This document shows positions 1 to 13,492 of a stretch of DNA of 64,000 nt, one piece after another. Location of the stretch: assembly GCA_014905635.1 (NCBI GenBank), contig JABVCE010000012.1, positions 496,001-560,000 on the forward strand. The letters are read 5' to 3'. How positions within the stretch are numbered: position 1 is the stretch's first letter; every line of letters starts with the position of its first letter. Under the pieces are notes generated by a model. That model had not been told where the DNA came from, ran no database searches, and saw only the letters and a program-made list of their open reading frames with translations. The position numbers and the translations under genes were made by a program. Source of the stretch: Scenedesmus sp. PABB004 (lineage: Eukaryota).

Positions 1-78
1 CGCCGTCCGCCGCGCCAGCAGCTGACCGCCGCCTCCACGCCGCGCTGCGCCGCGCCGCGCCCACCCCGCCCCGCGCAG

Positions 79-3000
79 GCGGCTGGGTGCAGCTGGACCA
101 GCTCCTCGGCCTCATAACCGGCCGCCACGCGCTGCTGGCGGCGAACAAGCCGTCCCTGAGCACGCTTCACCTCGTGCTGCGCCTGCTGCAGGCGGTCGCG
201 GCGTCCGCGGGCGCCGCCGGCATGCGGCTGGACCAGCCGCCCGACGCGTTCGTCGCGGCCGCGTCGCAGGGCTCCGCGCCGCCCTCGGGCGGGCCGGCGG
301 ACGCGGCCGGCGGCAGCGGCGGCCCCGGCGGCGCGCCGATGCTGGCCACCATGCTGTCGGTGCGCGTCGGCGGCTCTGCGCGGCTCAGCGCGCCGCCGCG
401 GCCGGCGGTCCCGCGCGGCCACGGGCGCCCGCTAGCCGGGCTGCCTGCGCGGCGCCGCAGGGGCGCCAGCTCACTTAATCGCCGCCCACGCGGCGCGCCA
501 CCGCGCGCAGATCTTCGGGGACGTGCGCGCCCGCCTGGGCCGGCTGCGCGCGGGCGGGCAGCAGGCGCCCGAGCACAATCCGCTGCCGCAGGCCACGCAG
601 CTGCAGCTGGGCCTCACGCTGCGCGCGCTGCTCGCGCACGAGCCGCAGCACGCGGCGGGGGCCGGCGCCGCCACACGCGGCGAGCCCGCCGCCGGCGGCG
701 ACGACGGCGCCGCGGAGCTCGAGGCGGCGCGCGCCGAGCTGCTGGAGCTGCTGAGCGGGTCAAGCCACGCCCTGCGCCTGCGCGGCGCCGCGCTCGCGGC
801 GGAGCTGCTCGCCGAGGCCGCGGCCGCGGCGGGCGCGCGCGCGGCCGCCGCGGCGGCCGTGACCGGCGCGCTCGCGCCCGGCGCGGGCGGCGCGGGCGCG
901 GTGTCGGGCGCGGTGCTCGCGTCGCTGCGCGGCGTGCAGCGGCACATCGCGCTGCAGCTCTCGCCCGCGCCGGACGCGCAGCAGGCCGCGATCGTGTCCG
1001 CCATCCGCGGCGCCGCGGGCGCGCGCGCGCCGTCGGCGGACGCCGCGGCGGCCGCGCGCGCGGCGCTGACCGACGCCAAGCTCGGCCTCCTGTCGTGCGA
1101 GACGGGCGTGCTCATGCTGGTGGAGCTCGCGGGCGCGACGCGCGGCGCCACGGGCGCGGCGCTCGCGGCGCAGGAGCCGCCCGACCTGCTCGACGCGGCG
1201 CTGCTCGCCGCGCTGCTTGGCCAGGCGGCGTGCCTCGCGCAGCTGCCGCCCGAGCTGCTGCCGGCGGTGTCGTGCACCGAGGCCGACGCGCGGCCGGCGG
1301 TCATGCGGCTCACCGTCGCCGCGCTCGAGGTGCTCGCGGCGGGTCAGCAGTACGCGGGGCGGGGGCCGTACCTCGCCTACCACGCGCCCGCGCTGCTCTG
1401 GACGTGGTTTGCCGACGGCCGCGGCGTCGCCGACCTCGCGCTGCTGCGCCCCGCGCTCTGCCCGCCCGAGCCCGGCAGCGGCGCGTCAGGCCGCGGCGGC
1501 GGCGGCGGCGCGTCAGGCGGCGGCGGCGGCGGCGGCGGCGGCGACTCGGCGGCGGTGCAGGCGCTGCTGGCGCGCTACGGCACGTCGATGGTGGTCGCGC
1601 TGCTGCACGGCGGCCGCGACGACGCGCTCGCGGGCCTCGCGTCGTCGGCGGGCGTGCCGCTGCCGGAGCTGCTGGAGCGATTCAAGTGGCAGGCGCGCGC
1701 GCGCGTGCACTGGCGGGCGGGCGCGCCGCGCCGCGCCTGCGCGCCGCTCCCCGTGCGGCCCTTGCTCGCAGCCGCGCCGCGCGCCCGCCCTGACGCCCCG
1801 CCTTGCCCGCCACGCGTGCCCTGCGTGCCCCGCCTCCGCGCCCAGGCGTACAGCACGCTTTATCCCCTGCTCAAAGCCGCGCCGGAGCGCGCGACCGCGC
1901 TCTCGCAGCAGCTCACCGGCGCCGGCAGCACGGTGCGCCGCGCCGCCGGCCGCGCGCCTCGCTCGCCGCGCGCGCGCGCGCGCGCCCGCCCGCCCACGCC
2001 CGCCCGCCGCCCACGCCCGCCCGCCCGCCCGCCCGCCGCCGACAGTCGGCGGACAAGCTGGCGATGTTTGACCTGCTCGCGCGCGGCGCGCTGCCGGCGC
2101 TGCTCGGCGCCGGCACGGGGCCGGACCCGCGCCATCTCGCGCGCTTTGAGGCCGCGCAGCTCGCGCGCTGGGCGGAGGCCGCCGAGGCGGGCAGCCCCGC
2201 GTGCCTCTTCTACCCTAAGCCGGTGGCCAAGGAGGCGCTGCGCGCGTTCTGCCAGGCGCGGCGTGCCGCGTGCTGCGCGCGCTGGGCGGCGCGGCTCGCA
2301 CGCCGGCCGGCGCAGCGCGCGCGCGCGCAGGGCGGCGGCGCGCGCCCGGCGCCCACGCGGCGCGCCGCGCGTCGCCGCAGAACTTTGCGGCCGCCGACAA
2401 GGCCGCTGATAAGGCCGCCAGCGGGCGCAGCCTGCTCGCCAGGGCCAAGCTGCTCGGCAGCAGCGTGCAGCGCCTGCTGCTCAACATACACAGGCGCGCG
2501 CGCCGGCTGCGCCCGCGGCCTCCGCGCCGCCCGCCGCCGCCGCGGCCGCCGCACGGCGCGCCGCGACTGCTTCACCCCTGCCGCCCCGGCCGCCGCCGCC
2601 GCCGCCGCGCAGGAACGTCGTCGCTGCGGCCTGCCCGCTGCAACGCCTGCAGCGCCTGGGCCAGTTCGAGGCGATGCTGCCGCTCGCGTCGGCGGCCGAG
2701 CTCGCGGCGCCGCCGGTCGCGCGGTACGTGGTGTCGATGCTGCTGCAGCAGCTTTGCCACCCCACGCTGCAGCCGGCCGTGTGCGAGCTGCTGGCGCTGG
2801 TGTACGGCCAGCTGTACGCCGCCGCGGGCGTGGGCCCGGCCGGCGCGCCGGACGGCGGCACCGGCGGCGGCGGCAAGGCCGCCGCGCGCGCGGCCGAGGA
2901 GGCGCGCGCGCTCGCGCTGGCGCTGCTCGGCGAGCTGCTGCCGCCGACGGTCGCGGCGCTCGTGCAGTGCGTCGAGGCGGGCGTCGCGGCGCGCCAGGCG

Positions 3001-4299
3001 GCGCTGCAGGCGCTGCTGTGGGCGGCGCCCACGCGCGCCGTGCCGCCCGCGCTCGCGGCTGCTGCGGGCGGCCGGCCCGTGCTCGGCGGCGGCTGCGCCG
3101 ACCTGCCCGCCAGCTTCCCGCCTGTCGCCCTGCTCGCCCAGCTGCTGGACGCGCCGGCGCCGGCGCTGCTGCCGGTGGTGCGGAGCCTCGACCTGCTGCC
3201 GCCGCTGCCCGCGCTGCGCGGCGCGGTCGCGGCGCAGGCGGCGCTGCAGCAGGGCCTGCGCCTGGGCGCGCGCGTCGTGCTGTTTGCGCAGCGCGCCGCA
3301 GGCATGGCGGCCAGCAGCCGGCAGCGAGCGATACAGGCCATCCTCGCGCAGCTGGGCGCCGGCGCGGCGGCGGAGCTCGCGGACGCGCCGGGCGCGGCGC
3401 CGCCGCCCGGGGGCGAGCAGCAGGCCACCGCTGCGGCGCGGCGCGTCGACCCGGCGGTCGTGTCGGCCGCGTTCAAGCTCGCGCACCTGGGCGCCGCACT
3501 CGGCGACGGCGCCATCGCGGAGCTCGCGGGGCGCCTGCTCGCCATTGCCGGCCCGCTGGATCCCCACCTGCTCGCGTTTGACGCGGACGGCGGCGGCGGC
3601 GGCGCCGGCGGTGACGGCGGCGCCGCCGACGACGCCGCCGCGGACACCAGCGGGGGCACGGCCTTCCCCATGCTGGCGGTGCTGCAGCACCTCGCCGAGT
3701 GCGTGGTCCACCGCGACCCGCGCGTCGTGGCGGCGGGCCAGGCCACGCTCAGCCGGCTGCTCGCGACGCGCGAGGGCGCCGCGGCGCTGGCGGCGCTCGC
3801 GCCGGCGAGCGGCGGCCGTGGGGCCAGCGCCAGCGCCGCCGGCGCCGGCGGCGCGGGCGTGCCCGGCCAGCAGCTGCTGGCCAGCTGCCTCGCCGTGTTT
3901 GTTGACAGCGCCGGCGCCTTGGTCGACGCCGACGCCGACGCGGCCGGCGCCGCGGGCGCCGCCACAGACGCGCTCGCCGCGGCGAGGACGCCCGCGCTGT
4001 GGGCGCCGTCGGGGCGCGGCTTCGAGGCCTGGCTCTGCACCCTGGCCAGCACGCTGCTGGCCGCCTGCGGCGCGACGCGCGCGAGCGGCGGCGCACTGCT
4101 GCAGCTGCTCGCGGGCGTGGCGGCGCTGCGGCCGGCGCTCGCGGAGCTGCTGCTCCCGCACGCGCTGCTGCACCTCGCCGCCTCGGACGGCAGCGGCGCG
4201 CTGCTGCCGGGCTCAGGCGAACCCGACGCGCTCGGCCTCTCCGCGCAGCTGGGCGCGTGCATCGCGCAGGGTCTGCAGCTCGGCATCGGCGGCGGGAGC

Positions 4300-4330
<31 letters not shown>

Positions 4331-7300
4331 CGGCCGACGCCGACGCGGTGACGGCGGCGGGCACGCAGCCTGACGGCGCCGAGCCGATTGGCGCCGACGT
4401 GGCGGCCCCCGCCGGCGGCGCCGCCGTGGACGTGCGCTGCCTGGGCGCGCTGCTCGCGTGCCTGGAGCACGCGCGGCGCGTGCACCGCGGCGCGCTGCTC
4501 GCGCTGCCCGACGGCACCAGCGCCAGCGCCGGCACCAGCGCCGGCGGCGGCGGCGGCGGCGCGGCGCCGGCGGCCGCGGCGTGGCGGCGCTGCTACTGCG
4601 TGCACCTGGACTACCTCGCAGTCGCGGCGGCGGCGATGGCCTGCCGGGCCTACTTCACCGCGCTGGTCTACATCGAGCACTGGTGCGAGGAGGCGTACGG
4701 CCGCCTCACGCTCAACCCCGCCGCCGGCGGCGGCGAGGCCGGCGGCGGCTTCCGCCTGCTCGCGCTGCAGTCGCTCGCGGCGGCGGCCGCCGCCGGCGGC
4801 GCCGCGGGCGGCGCGGGCGGCGCGGGCGGCGCGGCCGCCGCGGGCGCGGCCGCGGCGCAGCGCCAGGCGGACGCGCTGGAGGCGCTGCTGCTGGAGCTGT
4901 ACGCCAACGTGAACGAGCCGGACGGCGTCTACGCCGTCGCCGCCGCGTTCAGCAGCGCCGCGAGCCAGCTGCACCTGCTGCGCCACGAGCGCCAGTGGGC
5001 GGCGGTGCTCGGCAGCGAGGACGCGCTGCTGCAGGCGGCGGCGGTCGTGCCGGCGCCAAACTACCCGCAGTACCTCGGCGACCAGCTCAGCACCGCAGGT
5101 GCGCGGGCGCACGTGTGGGCGCCGGGGCGCGGGACGGAAGAGGGGGCCGGGGGCAGGCAGCGCCGCGGGCACACGGCCGCACCAAGCGCGACTGACCGCG
5201 CCGCGCGCCCGCCTCCGCCCGCCCGCGCCAGGCATCATCACGGCGCTGCAGAACCTGGGCTGCCAGGCCACCGCGCAGCAGTGCCTCGCGGCGGCCGCGG
5301 CCGCGGAGTTTGGCGGCCTGCACACGCCCGCGCCCGGCGGCGGCGCCGGCGCGGCGCGGCGGCGCGCGCAGGCGGCTGCGCTGACCGAGGCGCAGTGCGA
5401 GCTCGCGTGGCGGCTGTCCGGCTGGGGCATCGCCGACGCGCTCGCCGCCGACGCGGCGGGCGGCGGCTGGGGCAGCGCGTCCGCCGCGGCGGCGGGCGCG
5501 GCGCCGCCCGGCGCTGCGGCGGCCGGCGCGGCCGCGGCCGCCGCGGTGGGGCGCGGCAGCTTCCACGGCGCGGTGCTCGCGTCGCTGCAGGCGCTGCAGA
5601 GCCGCGACCTGGAGACGTTCACCGCGAGCGTGTCGTCGGCGCGGCGCGACTGCGTGCTGCGCCTCGCGCGCACGAGCATGCAGAGCGCGGCGGCGGTCAA
5701 CCCCATCCTGGTGCAGCTGCGCATGCTGCACCTCCTGCAGCAGGGCCTCGGCGCGGCGCGCGACGCGGCGGCGGCCGCAGCCGCCGTGGCCGGCGGCCGC
5801 GCGCTGCCGCGCGCGAGCGCCGACAGCGACGACGACGGCGGCGGCGGCGACGCAGAGGCGCTGCTGGCGCGGCTGCTGGGGCCCGACTACGAGCCGGGCG
5901 GCCGCTCCGCGGCGGCAGAGCTGCTGCGCGGTGCGCGCTTCGACCTGTCGGACCAGCTCCTCGCGCTGCAGGCGGCGCTCACCAAGGTGCTGGGCCGGCC
6001 CGACGCGCTCGCAATCACGCTGCAGGCGCACGCGCGCACCGCGCGCAAGGCGGGGCACGTCAACGCGGCGAGCACCGCGCTCAACCAGCTGCAGCAGCTG
6101 CTGCAGGCGGCGTGCTCGCGCGGCGGCGCCGGCGGCGCCGGCGGCGGCAGCGGCGGCGGCGGCGTCCCGGGCTGGGTGTCGCGGCTCGTCGCGCCCGACG
6201 CCGAGTGGCTGCTGGAGTCGGTCAAGCTCAAGTGGCTGCAGGGCCAGCAGCTGCCGGCGTTCCGCGAGCTGCAGGCGCTCGTCGCCGCGCTGCAGGCGCA
6301 GGCGGCGGCGGCGCAGCCGGACGCGGGCGCGAGCCAGGGCGCGAGCCAGGGCGCCGGCGCCGGCGGGCCGCTGCCCGCGCTCATGCGTGCGCAGGCGCTC
6401 GCGGGCGCGTGGATGGCCGCGGGGCAGTTCAGCAGCGCCTCGGCCGACGCGCTCAGCCTGCTCAAGGCCGCGGCGGGCGCGGCGCTTGGCCAGCAGGAGG
6501 CCGGCGCGGCGGCGCCGGGCGGCGCGGCGCCGCCGCCGGCGCTGTCGGCGCTGCACTGCCGCGTGTTTTACCGCCTCGCCGCGTACGCGGACGCGCGCTT
6601 CACGGAGCTGGAGCTGCAGATGGCGTCGCCGGAGTGGGTGAAGCAGGTGCAGGTCGTCGCGAGCAAGCGCGCAATGCTCAGTCAGCTGACTGAGTGGATA
6701 CGGAAGATCAAGGAGCAGCCGCCCGCGAAGCAGGCGACGACGCAGATGCAGCAGCAGGTGCGGGGCCGCGTGCCCGCGCCGGGGCTGCGCGGCGCCGAGG
6801 CTGGGGCCGCCCGCACGCGCGGCCGCGGCGCGTGCGCTGCGCCGACCCGCCGCCGCCCGCGCGCCGCGCGCCGCGCGCTGCGTGTGCTATGTGTGCGTGC
6901 CGCCCCGCAGCTGCGCCACCTCATGGCCCGCGCCGCGCCGCTCGAGCGCAACGTCGCGACCGACGAGGCCATCGTCGCCGACCTCGCGTCCGCGCGCGAC
7001 GCGTGCCTGGCCACCGCTCTCACCAACTACCGGCACTGCCTCGCCACCGGCAGCACGCACGACCTGCAGGCGCGCGCCACCGCCGGCGCCGCGCCGCAGG
7101 GCGCCCGTGGCCCACGTCATGATCCGCCGCCGTGTCCCACTGCCCGTGCGCCGCGCGCCGCGCGTCGTCTTGCCCCCCCCCCCCGCCCCGCGGCGTGCAG
7201 GTGGTGTACCGCCTGTGCGCGCTGTGGTTCAAGCTCTGGGACGACCACGGCGTGTGCGACGCGCTGTCGGTGGTTTTTGACGCCGTGCCGTCCGCCAAGT

Positions 7301-10300
7301 TTGTCCCGCTCGTCTACCAGATCGCGAGCCGCCTCGACGCCTCCGACACCGTGCCGCAGGCGCGCCGCCCCGCCGCCGCCACCACCACACGCCGCCGCCA
7401 CTACCACACGCCGGCCGCCCTCACGCCCGCGCGCCGCCCGTTGCTTGCACAGGACGTGCTGCGCAGCGCGCTCGGCCGCCTCGTGCGGGAGCACCCCTAC
7501 CACGTGCTGTACAGCCTCGTCGCGCTCAAGAACGGCGGCCTCGGCAAGGACGGCAAGAGCCTCAACCGCTCCGGCACCGCGCTCGTGCAGGCGCGGCGGC
7601 GCCGCGCCGCGCCGCGTCTGCGCGCGCCTCGCCCCGCTGTGCCGTCCGCGCGCTGCGAGCCCGCGCGCCTGCCGTCCTGCCTGCCCCTGCCCCATATCGC
7701 CTTGCCCCGCCCCGCCCCGCCCTCTCCCCTGCCTCCTTTGCAGTACCAAGTGGACCAGGTCGCGGGCGGCAAGGTGCAGGCGGCGGCCGACCTGCTCGCC
7801 GCCCTGCACGCCCGCGCCAGCGACCGGCTGCGGCAGGCCATGGCGGACATGGAGGCCCAGGCGCGTGGGGCGCGGACGGCGCCCCGCGCACGCGGCAGCC
7901 GCGCTGCCGGCCGTCCCACGGGCTGCCGTTTGGGCGCTCTCTCTCACACCTCACACACGCCTCTCACACCCGCCCACACATCACACCAACACACAAAACA
8001 CACATACTCTCATCCTCCCACAAAACACACACACTCCGCCCCTCCCACAGGTCCAGGTGTACCTCGAGGTGACCGCCATGTCGGTGCCCAAGAGCCCGCA
8101 GGGCAAGATCACGGTCGCCCAGGTCCCCCTCCCCGGCGCGCTGCGCCGCCGCCTGCTCGGCCTGCCCGCCGCGCCGCCCATCACGCTCGCGCTCGACGTG
8201 GACCCCACCTGCGCCTACGACGTGCGCGCCGCGCCGCGCCGTGCCGCGCCCCGCGGGGGCGGGGTGGGGCACGGCTGCGCCCGCCCGCCCGCCCGCCCTG
8301 CGCCCGCACCGCCGCCCGCCCGTACGCCGGGCGCCGCTGCCGCACCGCCAGCGACGCGCTCTCCCCGCCCGCCGCGCGTGCCGCGCGTGCCGCGCAGGAC
8401 GTGCCGCACGTGGTTGACGTGGACAGCGTGGTCAAGTTTGCGGGCGGCATCAACGCGCCCATGGTGCTCACGGTCACGGGTGCGCGTGCGTCGCGCACGC
8501 TGTGCGCGCTGCGTGGCTCGGCGGCGCGCCCGCCCCGCCCCGCGCCCCTCCCACACCCACCTCCCGTCCATCCCCACCCTCCCCACCCTCCCCGCCCGCC
8601 GCGCCGCAGACTCTGTCGGACGGCGGGGGCGGCAGCTCGTGAAGAGCGGCAACGACGACCTGCGCCAGGACGCGGTCATGCAGCAGTTCTTCGGCCTCGT
8701 CAACGCCCTGCTGTCCACGAGCCGCCCCACCGCCGACCGCCAGCTCAGCCTGCGCACCTACCGGTGCGGCAGTTGCGCCGCGCCGCGCTGCTTGGCGCGC
8801 GCGAGGCGTGGGCCATAGTTGCCGGCTGACGCGCGTTCACGCACGCGCTGCGCGCGCGCAGCGTCGTGCCGTGCGCGCCGATGGTGGGCGTGGTGCAGTG
8901 GGTCGAGGGCACGACGCCGCTGGGGACTACCTGGCCGACGGGCCGCTCAAGGAGGGCGGCGCCTGCGCGCGGTGAGCCGCCCACCGGCGCCGCGCGCGCT
9001 CTCGCCCCTGTGGCACGGTGCCGCGGCCGCGCCCTCGCTGCACGCGCCGACATCGCCGCCTCGCACTCGTCGCACGCGCGCGCACACGCACACTCCCACG
9101 CGGCCGCGTCGCCGTCGCAGGTACCGCGCGCCCGGCAGCCTCACCTGGTACGAGTGCTATAAGGCCATGGACCGCGCGCCGCCAGAGGCCAAGAAGGAGG
9201 CCTTCCTGCGGGTGCGCGCCGCGCGCCGCCGCCCGCCGCCCGCCGCCACTGCTGCGCTTGGCAGGGCCGAGGCGCGCGCGGGGGGGGGGGGGGGCGGCCC
9301 TGCCGTGCCGCGCCTGTCACACGCAAACGCCCACACCCGCCACCCACGCCCACGCCCACACCCCACCGCCAGGTCACGTCTCACTTCCCGCCCGTGTTCC
9401 ACAACTTTTTCCTGGAGCGCTTTGCCGCCCCCGCCGCATGGTTTGCCGGCCGCACCGCCTACACGCGCGCGACGGCGGTCAACAGCATGGCCGGCGCGGT
9501 CATCGGCCTCGGCGACCGCCACACCGGCAACATCCTGATCGACACCACCACGGCAGAGGCGCGCGCTGCTGCTGCTGCGGCGCGCGCTCGCCGACTCCGC
9601 CGCGCGCTCGCTGGCTCGCGCGCCCGCTGGCTCACGCCGCCGCCTGCGCCCGCGCCCGCCCGCGCCCGCCCGCGCCCGCCCGCCGTCTGCTGTGTGTGTA
9701 TTTGACTGCAATCAAATTAAATCACATCAAATCACATCAAATCAACTCACATCAAACCGCCAGGTGCTGCACATCGACCTGGGCATCGCGTTTGAGCAGG
9801 GCCTCTTCCTGCAGACCCCCGAGCGCGTGCCGTTCCGGCTGACGGCCAACGTCGTCGACGGCATGGGCGCCGCGGGCGTGGAGGGGACGTTCCGGCGCTG
9901 CTGCGAGATGACGCTGCAGGTGGGACCGCGCGGTGCGCGCGCGCGCGGGCGCCGCTGCGTTTCTCGACCCCGCGCGCGCCGCGCCCGCCCACGCGTGCCG
10001 TCGCGCGCCACGACCCCCGCGCCGCGCCGCGCCGCGCCAGGCGCTGCGCGCGCACAAGGAGGCGCTGCTGACGGTGGTGGAGGTTGTGCTGCACGACCCA
10101 TTGTACAAGTGGCAGATGACGCCCGTGCGCGCGCAGCGCAAGCAGCAGGACCCCCTCGCGCCAGACGGCGCGCCCGGCGGCGGCGGCGCCGCGGGCGCCG
10201 CCGACGCGGGCGGCGGCGGCGGCGGCACCGCGGCCGCCGGCACGGCCGGCGCAGGCGGCGGCGCCGGCTCGGCGGCGGGCGGCAGCAGCGCGGCGGCCGC

Positions 10301-10535
10301 GGCGGCGGCGGCGGCCGGCGGCGGCGGCGGCGCCGGCAGCGACGGCGGCGGCGCGGGCATCCGCAACGCGGACGCGGAGCGCGCGGTGCTGCGGGTGAAG
10401 CAGAAGCTGGAGGGGCAGGACGTGTCGGGCGGCGTCGCGCTGAGCGTGGCGGCGCAGGTCGGCAAGTGGCTGGCGGAGGCGCAGGACCCCGACCGCCTGT
10501 GCCGCATGTTTGTCGGCTGGGCGGCGTGGCTGTGA
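79..10535 (+). CDS. ATM: Serine/threonine kinase ATM (PIKK family), multi-exon, 5' end outside the window
   Basis: Spliced exons give FAT-region [27 protein letters not shown] and [12 protein letters not shown]; kinase motifs [61 protein letters not shown]; and C-terminal [22 protein letters not shown] ending at 10535. Confidence 0.95.
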
Positions 10536-10634
10536 GCCGCGGCGCGCGGCGGGCTGGGCGGCGGGCGCGTGTCGCCAGCCGGTCGCTGGAACGCAAGCGC
10601 TCGGCCTCCGCAGTGCTCCGTTGCCACCGGCGAC

Positions 10635-11656
10635 TCAGTTGGGCTGCGCACGGATCCACGCGACCACGGCGTCGTGGCCTTTGTCTGCCGCCGCGCGCTC
10701 GCACCTGGCGCGCCACCACGGGCAGCCGTTGGTGCGCAGCCAGCGCAGCGCCTCCAGGTGCCCGTGCTCAGCTGCCGCCGCGCACGCCTGCGCGTCCCAT
10801 GGCGCGGGCTTGGCCTGGGCGCGCGCCCAGCGCAGCATCTCCACGTCGCCGCACCGCGCAGCGAGGAAGCACACACCACACCATGAGTCACCCCACGGCA
10901 GCGGCGGCGTCTGCGCGCGCGCCCAGCGCAGCACGCCCAGCTGCCCGCCGTAGGCTGCTGCTTTGCACACGAGCCGCAGGTCAAGCCTAACGTCGCGCGC
11001 CCACTCCAGCACGGCGAAGTGGCCGTGCTTCGCTGCTTCCCAGCACACGCTCTCATTCTCATACTCGCCGCCCATGTCGCAGCCGGCGCGGTAGAGCCAC
11101 GCCAGCCCCGCCACGTCGCCGCACACCGCGCGCGCCCTGGCCAGCCGCCGCTGCTGCCGCCGCTGCCGCTGCTGCTGCCAATCATCATCCTGCGCCGCCC
11201 GCCAGGCCTCCTGCACCGCCGCCAGCGGCAGCTCGGGGCAGCGCACTGAGATGGCACCGCGGAAGCGCTCGCGCGCGGCCTTGCATACCAGCCTGGCGGT
11301 CCACGCCTGCAGCGCCGGCGGCAGGAGGCTCAGGACGTGGAGCACGAGAGGCTCGGGCAGGTCCCGCCACAGGCTGCTGGCGCGCCGGGGCGGGCGGGCG
11401 TGCCGTGGCGGACAGCGGGCGTGTGGGCGGCGGTGAGGCGGCGCACGGCGCCTGTTGTGGCTGCTGGCTGTGGCACGCGCATGGCTAGACAGCGCCAGCC
11501 AAGGCGTCGGCGGAGCGCCCACCTCGGCGCCGCCTCTGCCCCAGCCGGTGCCTCGCCCGCCGCCGCTACGGCCGCCGTTGCGGCTGCCGCTGCGGCCGCC
11601 GCGCGCGCGCGCGTGGTCGACCCGGCGCAACGCTCGCCCTCCAGCGCAGCAGACAT
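10635..11656 (-). CDS. F-box-like/ankyrin-repeat protein, cassette copy A (2 exons)
   Basis: Exon 1 [10 protein letters not shown]...AEAAPR, then a conserved intron, then [19 protein letters not shown]...[10 protein letters not shown] (F-box-like) and repeats such as [20 protein letters not shown]. Confidence 0.8.
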
Positions 11657-12515
11657 GGCGCCACCTGACGGCCTGCGGGTCAGCAGCAGGCGGGGCACCG
11701 GCAGCGGCGGGCGCGTGCGCGGGCGGCGCGAGCGCAGCAGCAGCGCGTGCCCCCGCCCCGGCGCGGCGGCGCGGGGACGGGCCTGCCAGCGACGCCCGAG
11801 GCGTGCGAAACCAGCGGCCCACGCCACACGCCCGCCCGCCGCGCACCGCCGCAGCCCCCGCCGCCCGCAGCGGGCGCCGCGCAGCGCGGCCCGCCGCCGC
11901 CCTCCCCGCCTGCCTGCCCGCGCGGTTCGCCTGGCGCTGCTCGCGGCGGCACGGCCTGGTCACCAGGCGTCCGCAGGTCCGCGCCCCGCCTGGCAGGGGC
12001 GCGCGCCGCGGGCGGGGGCGGCCCTGCGCGGCGGCGGCGCGGTGCGTGCGGGGGCTGTGGGCGGCGCGGCCGGCGCTTGTGCGTGTGCGTGAGCGGCAGG
12101 GGCGCTGAGGGGGGCGGCTGTGGGCGTCGGCGGGCCGGCGCGCGCGCAGGGGGTCTCCTCGGCGGCGGCGCGGGCAGCCGGCCGGGCGCGGCGCCCGCGC
12201 CCTGGGCCCTGTACCACCGCCCGCATGCCGCGGCTGCCGGGACGGCGCGGCGCGACGGCGTGCGGCCGCCGCCACAGCACAGCGACGGCGCGGGAGCGCG
12301 ACCCCCGCCCAGGTGCTCTGCGTGCGCGGTCGGCCGGTTGCCAGCGCGCGCCGCCCCGCCGCCGCCAACTTCCCTCTCCCTCTCCCTCGGCACGCACGCG
12401 CGCGTCACTCGCCGCAGGCAGCGCCCCGCGCACGAACGCGCGCCCAGCCACGGCCTGCCGCGCCTAGCCCTGATCTCAGCCCGCGCCCGAGCTGAGATGA
12501 TCAGACTCGTCAGTG

Positions 12516-13492
12516 TCAATCGTCCGGCGACGCAGGCTGCGCCCGGACCCACGCGACCACGGCCTCGTGGCCGTTTTCCGCCGCCCAATACTCGCACTTG
12601 GCGCGCCCCCACGGGCAGCCGTTGGCCCGCAGCCAGCGCAGCGCCTCCAGGTGCCCCTCCCGAGCCGCCGCACAGCACGCCCACTCCGTCCACGGCGCGG
12701 GCTCAGCCTGGGGGCGCGCCCAGCGCAGCATCTCCAGGTCGCCGCGCCGCGCAGCGCTGTAGCACACCCCTACATCCGAGCGACCCCAGGGCACCGGCGG
12801 CGTCTGCGCGCGCGCCCAGCGCAGCACATGCAGCTGCCCCCCCCCCCCTCGGCTGCTCCATAGCACACGGCCAGCAGGTCCAGCCCCTCGCCGCGCGCCC
12901 ACTCCAGCACGGCGAGCTGGCCTGCTTGCGCTGCTGGGTAGCACACGTCGTCCATGTCGCAGCCAGCGGCGCGCAGCCAGGCCAGCCCTGCCACGTCGCC
13001 GCACGCCGCGCGCGCCTGAGCGATGGGTGGGAGCCGCCACTGCTGCTCCCACCCATCATCCTGCACCGCCCGCCAGGCCTCCTGCACCGCCGCCAGTGGC
13101 AGCTCGGGGCAGCGCAGCGAGACGGCCGTCGCGCCGCGGAAGCGCTCGCGCGCCGCCTTGCACACCAGCTTGGCGGCCCACGCCTGCAGGGCCGGCGACA
13201 GGAAGCCCAGGACGTGGAGCACGAGCGGCTCGGGCAGCTCTGGCAGCAGGGCGCTGGTGCGGCGGGGCGAGCGGGCGAGCGGTGAGGCGGCGCCTGCTGC
13301 CGGCGGTGGTGGCTTGTGGGCAGCGCGTGCAGCGCCAGGCAGCAGCAGCCAGGGGGCACCAGCACCAGCAGCAGCAGCGGACCCACCTTGGCGCCGCCTC
13401 TGCCCCAGCCGGCGCCTCGCCTGCCGCAGCTGCGGCCGCAGCGCGCGTGTGGTCGGCCCGGCGCGCCGCTTGCCCGCCGGCGCAGCAGACAT
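12516..13492 (-). pseudogene. F-box-like/ankyrin protein, copy B; frameshifted at a poly-C run (~12837-12849), so pseudogene or assembly error
   Basis: The N-half (ORF 12770..13672) and C-half (ORF 12516..13052) of the family protein are in different frames, switching at the homopolymer. Confidence 0.7.
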
